NCBI GenBank assembly: GCA_051942245.1
Contig: JAVECL010000161.1
Span: 1-41,394, forward strand
DNA: 41,394 bases
DNA from: Trypethelium eluteriae
Taxonomy: Eukaryota
Direction of reading: 5' to 3'
Shown here: positions 36,609 to 41,394 of the stretch, piece by piece
How the letters are laid out: each line of letters begins with the position of its first letter
How positions within the stretch are numbered: position 1 is the first letter of the stretch
The notes under the pieces: model-generated
What the model saw: the letters and a program-made list of their open reading frames with translations, nothing else
Told to the model about the DNA's origin: nothing
Database searches by the model: none
Made by a program: the position numbers and the translations under genes

Positions 36609-38618
36609 CTAACATGGGAAACAGCAGTCCATCTGATTTTCAGCAGGCTGCCACTGGCCGAGAAACTCCGTTCCACAGACCGGCCCATCGCGAGGGTTCC
36701 AACCACCATTGGCGCAGTTTGCTGGTCCACTGTCTGTTCTACTCGTCCAGCTCGCCGACCCGTAAGTGAACTGGACATAATCATTCTCGTGTTCTCCTAT
36801 GATTTGGATGGGATACGGTAGTGGGCCTTGGATGGTGGAGCCATTTCCGGCATTGATAGGCTCACCCCAGTCCGCATGGGCACCATCTGTTGATGTCTGA
36901 TAGATTGTGGCCTTGTTGTTGTCCAGCAAAGTAATGTTAGCATAGAGATCGTCAGACTGTGGATTACAGTCCTCCCATTCGTCGAGATGGAAGCAGCAAG
37001 TGCCGGTGGCGTATGCCGGCGGTGGAGGTGGTGACGGAGATGGTGATGGAGGCGATGGCGAAGGTGGTGGCGCTGAATTGACTGAGTAGCGGTTCGCTCT
37101 AATTGAGGCCAGGAAAGCGTCACTCCATGGTCCGTACGCTGTGCCTTTTGGGTGAAATGAACGCAGAGTCACTTCCGAAAGGGGAACTCCCACGCCAAGC
37201 GTTCCTGTCTGGTTATCCACTTGGTCGAGAGCTTGAATAAGTGTGGTCTCATTTTGAAATGCTGGGCTGACATTCGACGGCGGATTATCGGCACTCAGTG
37301 TTGCTTGGATACTCGGGTCCGGAATGAGTGCGTCAAGAATCATTTGTGATATATTCTGAGCATCTGGTGGAAGCGATGCATGGCCCTCGTCACCACTGGT
37401 CCAGCCACCGCTAGCATAGTGCCAGAACCATGTTTGCGCCCCAATAGGCTTGGTCAAATAATCTTGAGATGCCGGCTCACAGTATCGGTGTCCTCCATAT
37501 GCGCCTTGGAACCCGTCAACGTAGATGACACCTGAAGCAGCCAATTCTGTTGCAACATTACTGATAACGCCATTGACCTGATCGACAAGGCCATTCATTT
37601 GTCTCCGTACATCTCTTGTAAGGTATGCGCTCCACCAATACGACCACCAAGACCACGTAACATCGTCACACCCAGCATCATCGTGGTTCCAGAATCCAAC
37701 GTACCCTGCTATATAGACTTGGAAGTTCTCTGATGTAGGGCAGCCTCTGGCGATGCGACCAGCAGCAACGACGTTGACCAATGTTTGGACAAGCTCTTCC
37801 TTGAATTCAATTGATGCGATGGTGTTGCCGATATTGTTCAGCGTACCCTGACAATCAAAATTGGGAAAGGGAGTATAGACGCAGTTGACGATAGCGCTGT
37901 CTACAGTTAGAAATTCCGACAGAAATATGGGGTGCTGACACCAAAGGTATTTGATGTGGTGGCCCCCGAGGACTGATAACCCTGTAGGACGTCGAGTAAA
38001 AATCTATGTAGATATACCCAATAGTCCTATGTTGGCTTTTTTTTGAGTCGGGAGGACCTGGATGAGATTTTCGGCTAGAAGCATCCACAAGTCACTTACT
38101 CGCGGAATCCGACGTCGTTGCCTGTAATTGTCATAACTGCAATTTGTGGCTGTCCAATTGGGGTGTATTCCAGATTAGGATTGGGGTCCCCCTGCTCCAG
38201 CTGATTCTGATTAAGACCGTTATCATCCCCCCAGCCCTGGTTATTCATCTTGGCGCCACTACAGGCTCCGAAAGTCAGACCAGGCAAGTTGCCGTTAAAA
38301 TCGGTCCAACCGGGATTGTTGGTCAACTGTACAGGCCAAGCTTGGGCAAATCGTCGGCAGTCTCCCGAGCCATGGTAGTAGTTTCGCTCGCCATCAGATC
38401 CGATACCAGCTGTGAAAGAATCGCCGATAGCTAGAACTTGTTCAACCTGCTGCGACGGTTTTGCATAGGGCGCCAAGGAAGCGGAAGATATTGCTGAAGC
38501 TACTATGCTAGCGATGGTTGGATCTGGAGACGGGTCTTGCCGGGGGATTATGTTCGCGCTAGCACCTACTGCACCCCCCAGGAAGAGTAGTATAGTGAGC
38601 CCCGTCAAGGAAAAACAT
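36609..38618 (-). CDS. Secreted SGNH/GDSL hydrolase with Pro linker and Cys-rich C-terminal module; start codon apparently out of frame by 1 nt
   Basis: Exon ~38618-38100, intron 38099-37897, exon 37896-36609. AIGDSFTAG, ACSGA, TGNDVGF, SFHP catalytic blocks and a signal peptide. Confidence 0.85.
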
Positions 38619-39127
38619 TGGAAGGATTGAATTTGAGGCGAGCCAAGCGAAGAATATCGGTAGATGAGTAAATCCTAAGAACTAGGTAGTTGTCTTTCTC
38701 GAGACATGGAGACGAAGAGAAACTTTATACTCTCTTTACTTCCACACACCAGCACAGGGACCTGATCATTGAATTTGTCAGGGCCCCATCTATAGCTGCT
38801 AGGAGAGATATTTCTGTGATGGCTGAACTGCCGCAGGTGATACAACCGAGATAAATGCCTACCTTATCAAGAAAGAATGACACTTGGGAAACTGTCTCAT
38901 CACCGGGTACGATGTGAGGTGGAAAGAATTATAGCTCCCAGCCTGGTGTCGACTATCCGGTGAATTCTAGATTCTTCAGCGTGAGACTCTTTGGCCAAGC
39001 TGATTTGTCTGCTGTTTTGCATACGCCCACTTGGCAGCCGGCCACTTGCAGCTACACGGTTGGGGCGTCGCCGGCTCATCATTCACAAGCTCCTTCACTG
39101 TTGAGCTTGCACCCTACATCAACAACC

Positions 39128-39777
39128 ATGAAAGTGATTCTGACATATGTTCTGCTGACAATTTGTTTAGCTGCCAGTGCAATCAGTCACGCAACAGCAG
39201 TAACCCTTTTTCCGACCCAGCAGGTTATTCAAAGCACATTCACAAAGGACATTATGGCAGACGAGCGCCAGAAGGTTCCGGGTGATAATTCGGCTTTCTA
39301 TTCGGGTCCAGTCTCGCGCTATGAGCAGCTCTTCGAAATTGAGGAATTTGATATCGCACCAGATCCGCCAGTACCGTAGGTTAACTGAACCCATTCCAAT
39401 TCATAGCCTTGAGAAAGACCTGACGAAAGCGGAAAAGTGACCACCGCTTCTTTGGGTTCCTTGGAGGTTTTATGCCCGACGTACCTGATCTTAACGAGAG
39501 CGTCCTGCGTTTCACCCTCTCCAAAGACGGCAACATCCTCAGCCACTTTGAGAACAGATTTGGAGACTGCGACTTCCTTCTCATGAGGTATGAGAAGCGC
39601 GATTTCATCCATGAGTTGCGACCAGGTCGTATGGAGTTTATCACGGATTTTGTCATGATGGGAGAGGATGTAGCCCCGGGGGTTTATACGTTCACTGCTG
39701 AGGCGAAGCTTCCTGATGGGCGCGTCTTATTTTGTTTAGAATTTAGCGCGTCTTCAACGCCGGCCAGAACTACGTAA
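39128..39777 (+). CDS. Secreted ML-domain (NPC2/MD-2-like) lipid-binding protein, divergent (195 aa)
   Basis: Exons 39128-39375 and 39438-39777 join in frame. Signal peptide, VPGDN..FEIEEFDIAPDPP and PGVYTFTAEAKLPDGRVLFCL resemble fungal NPC2-like proteins. Confidence 0.7.
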
Positions 39778-40472
39778 GAGTCACTCGACTACATACCACC
39801 ATCCCAAGTATGGGTAGCACCTTAGTACTTGGGTACGAACTCACGCAGTAGTAAGCCCGGCTCCTAGCATTTCAGCTTACTATAATTTAATGCAATCGTC
39901 ATGTGCTATAGCCTTACTTTAAGAGATATAATCATTCGTCTCATACATCAGGCCAGTTCTCAACGAAGGTGAAAAGCTCATGGCGACTAATTTCGGTCCT
40001 CGATTTGTCTGCCAAATCTGAATTGTACTTTGATAGACTAAAAATTCCCCGGTAGGCTATCGACTAGTACGTAGTTCGACTGGCTTACCATTGAGTTGCT
40101 CCTGTTTCTTTTCAATGCGACCAAGAATTAGGACACGACAGAGGCTTCCGAGTCTCGGCAAGCTTTGTGCAATTCTCCGAATTATCGTCGGAAGCAAAGG
40201 TGTGAAAAAAGTAGGCGCGGGAACGGATTATGCAATCATATAATGCCTTTAATGCACATCGCATACCCTGCGATTCTTGGTATCATGATATCCATCAAGT
40301 TACATCCAGCTCCTGATGCGTTGAGAAGAGAAATGGTGCACCGGGAAACCTGTGTTCTTCACATCGTAACGTGAGAGCAGGGTCTCATGATTCCGATTAA
40401 ACGCCCATGGTAAAGTATCTTAAACCGCCAAGCACATATCTTGTAAACCTTACGTCCTATTCAAGCGATCCG

Positions 40473-41394
40473 TCACTGTCTCGTTAAACCCTGCTTTGCC
40501 TACAAGCAACCAACGGTTAGCTTCTCTCGAAAATGTGCAACTCCTGTCAACTTACCTTCATCATCTCGATCCTCGCTTTCAAGTTCTGCGTTACTTCCGC
40601 CGCTCTTTTCCAACTCTCCACCCCTTCCCTCTCCCCTCCTAATTGGCTCCCACTTCTCGACCCTGTCGCTCCTACCCCTCCACTCCCCTCACTCCCTTGA
40701 CTCAACACGCTTGGACTCTTCCTCCCCAGCATATCAAGCGAGCCTCCGGAGCCGCCACTCGCCGTCTTCCGCGCCCTCTGCTCCATCCCTGGCGGACTCA
40801 GCTTCGTCCTCGAAAGCGGGCGCTCCAGATTCTCCTTACCTACATCCCCCGTCGGACTCCTGACATAGCTCCTCGACGACCGACCCAACCCCGAATCGTA
40901 CCTCAGCGCGCCTCCATTCCCGACTCCAGCTCCGCCAACTCCATTCACCGCCGCGGCACCCAAGTCGTGGTAAATCTGCTCGCTCACATCCACGGGCGCC
41001 GGACTGCTCGCGCGCACCTGCCGACTCAGCTCGCGCTTCAGCCGCTCGATCTCGCGCGCCTGGCTCTGCACCGTCGCCTCCGCCGCCTCGGCGTCCGAGC
41101 GCGCGCGCACCAGCTGCGTCTCCTTCGCCTTAATGCTCAGCACGTCGCGTGTGTGGTCCTCGATCAGCTGCGCGTTCTGGTTTTGCAGCTCGTGGATCTG
41201 CGACGTCAGCTTCGCCCGCTCCGATCGCACCTCCTCGTTCGCCCGCCGCAGACGCTCTACTTCGATCGTGAGGTCGTCGAGCTTCGTGCTGTCCGCCGCG
41301 TTGAGGCTGCTGCTGCCGGGCGTGGCGATGGGGGTTGCATCCGAGGGTGCGGCGGGAGGGGATTTGCCGAGCGGACGGCCAGTGAGGCCGCGGC
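40473..41394 (-). CDS. STU2: XMAP215/Dis1 family microtubule polymerase (Stu2/Alp14/AlpA), 3' part
   Basis: Exons >41394-40556 and 40499-40473. Coiled coil plus C-terminal ESWKRAAEVTQNLKARIEMMKAKQ matching the Stu2 tail motif. Confidence 0.88.

Overview
Gene-dense chromosomal segment of a filamentous ascomycete (Pezizomycotina), with short GT-AG introns and CTRAY branch points. Splicing exons by hand gives about 19 protein genes: PrnX/mu-crystallin-like (partial), RPL8, an ~827-codon gene with a C-terminal HicA-like domain and one in-frame TAG, histidine acid phosphatase/phytase, ETP1/BRAP2, polyubiquitin, a Zn2Cys6 factor, RAM1, a small dsRBD protein, an orphan membrane protein, GH3 beta-glucosidase, PSA1/MPG1, an OB-fold protein, APD1, DLT1, a secreted SGNH hydrolase, an ML-domain protein and STU2 (partial). 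There is also one intron-containing tRNA-His and a MITE-like element. The most interesting signals are a fungal protein with SHLD2 (shieldin)-like N-terminal motifs plus OB fold, a bacterial HicA-type RNase domain behind a premature stop, and a strand-specific hairpin array filling RPL8 intron 1. All family calls come from motif recognition; no searches were run.
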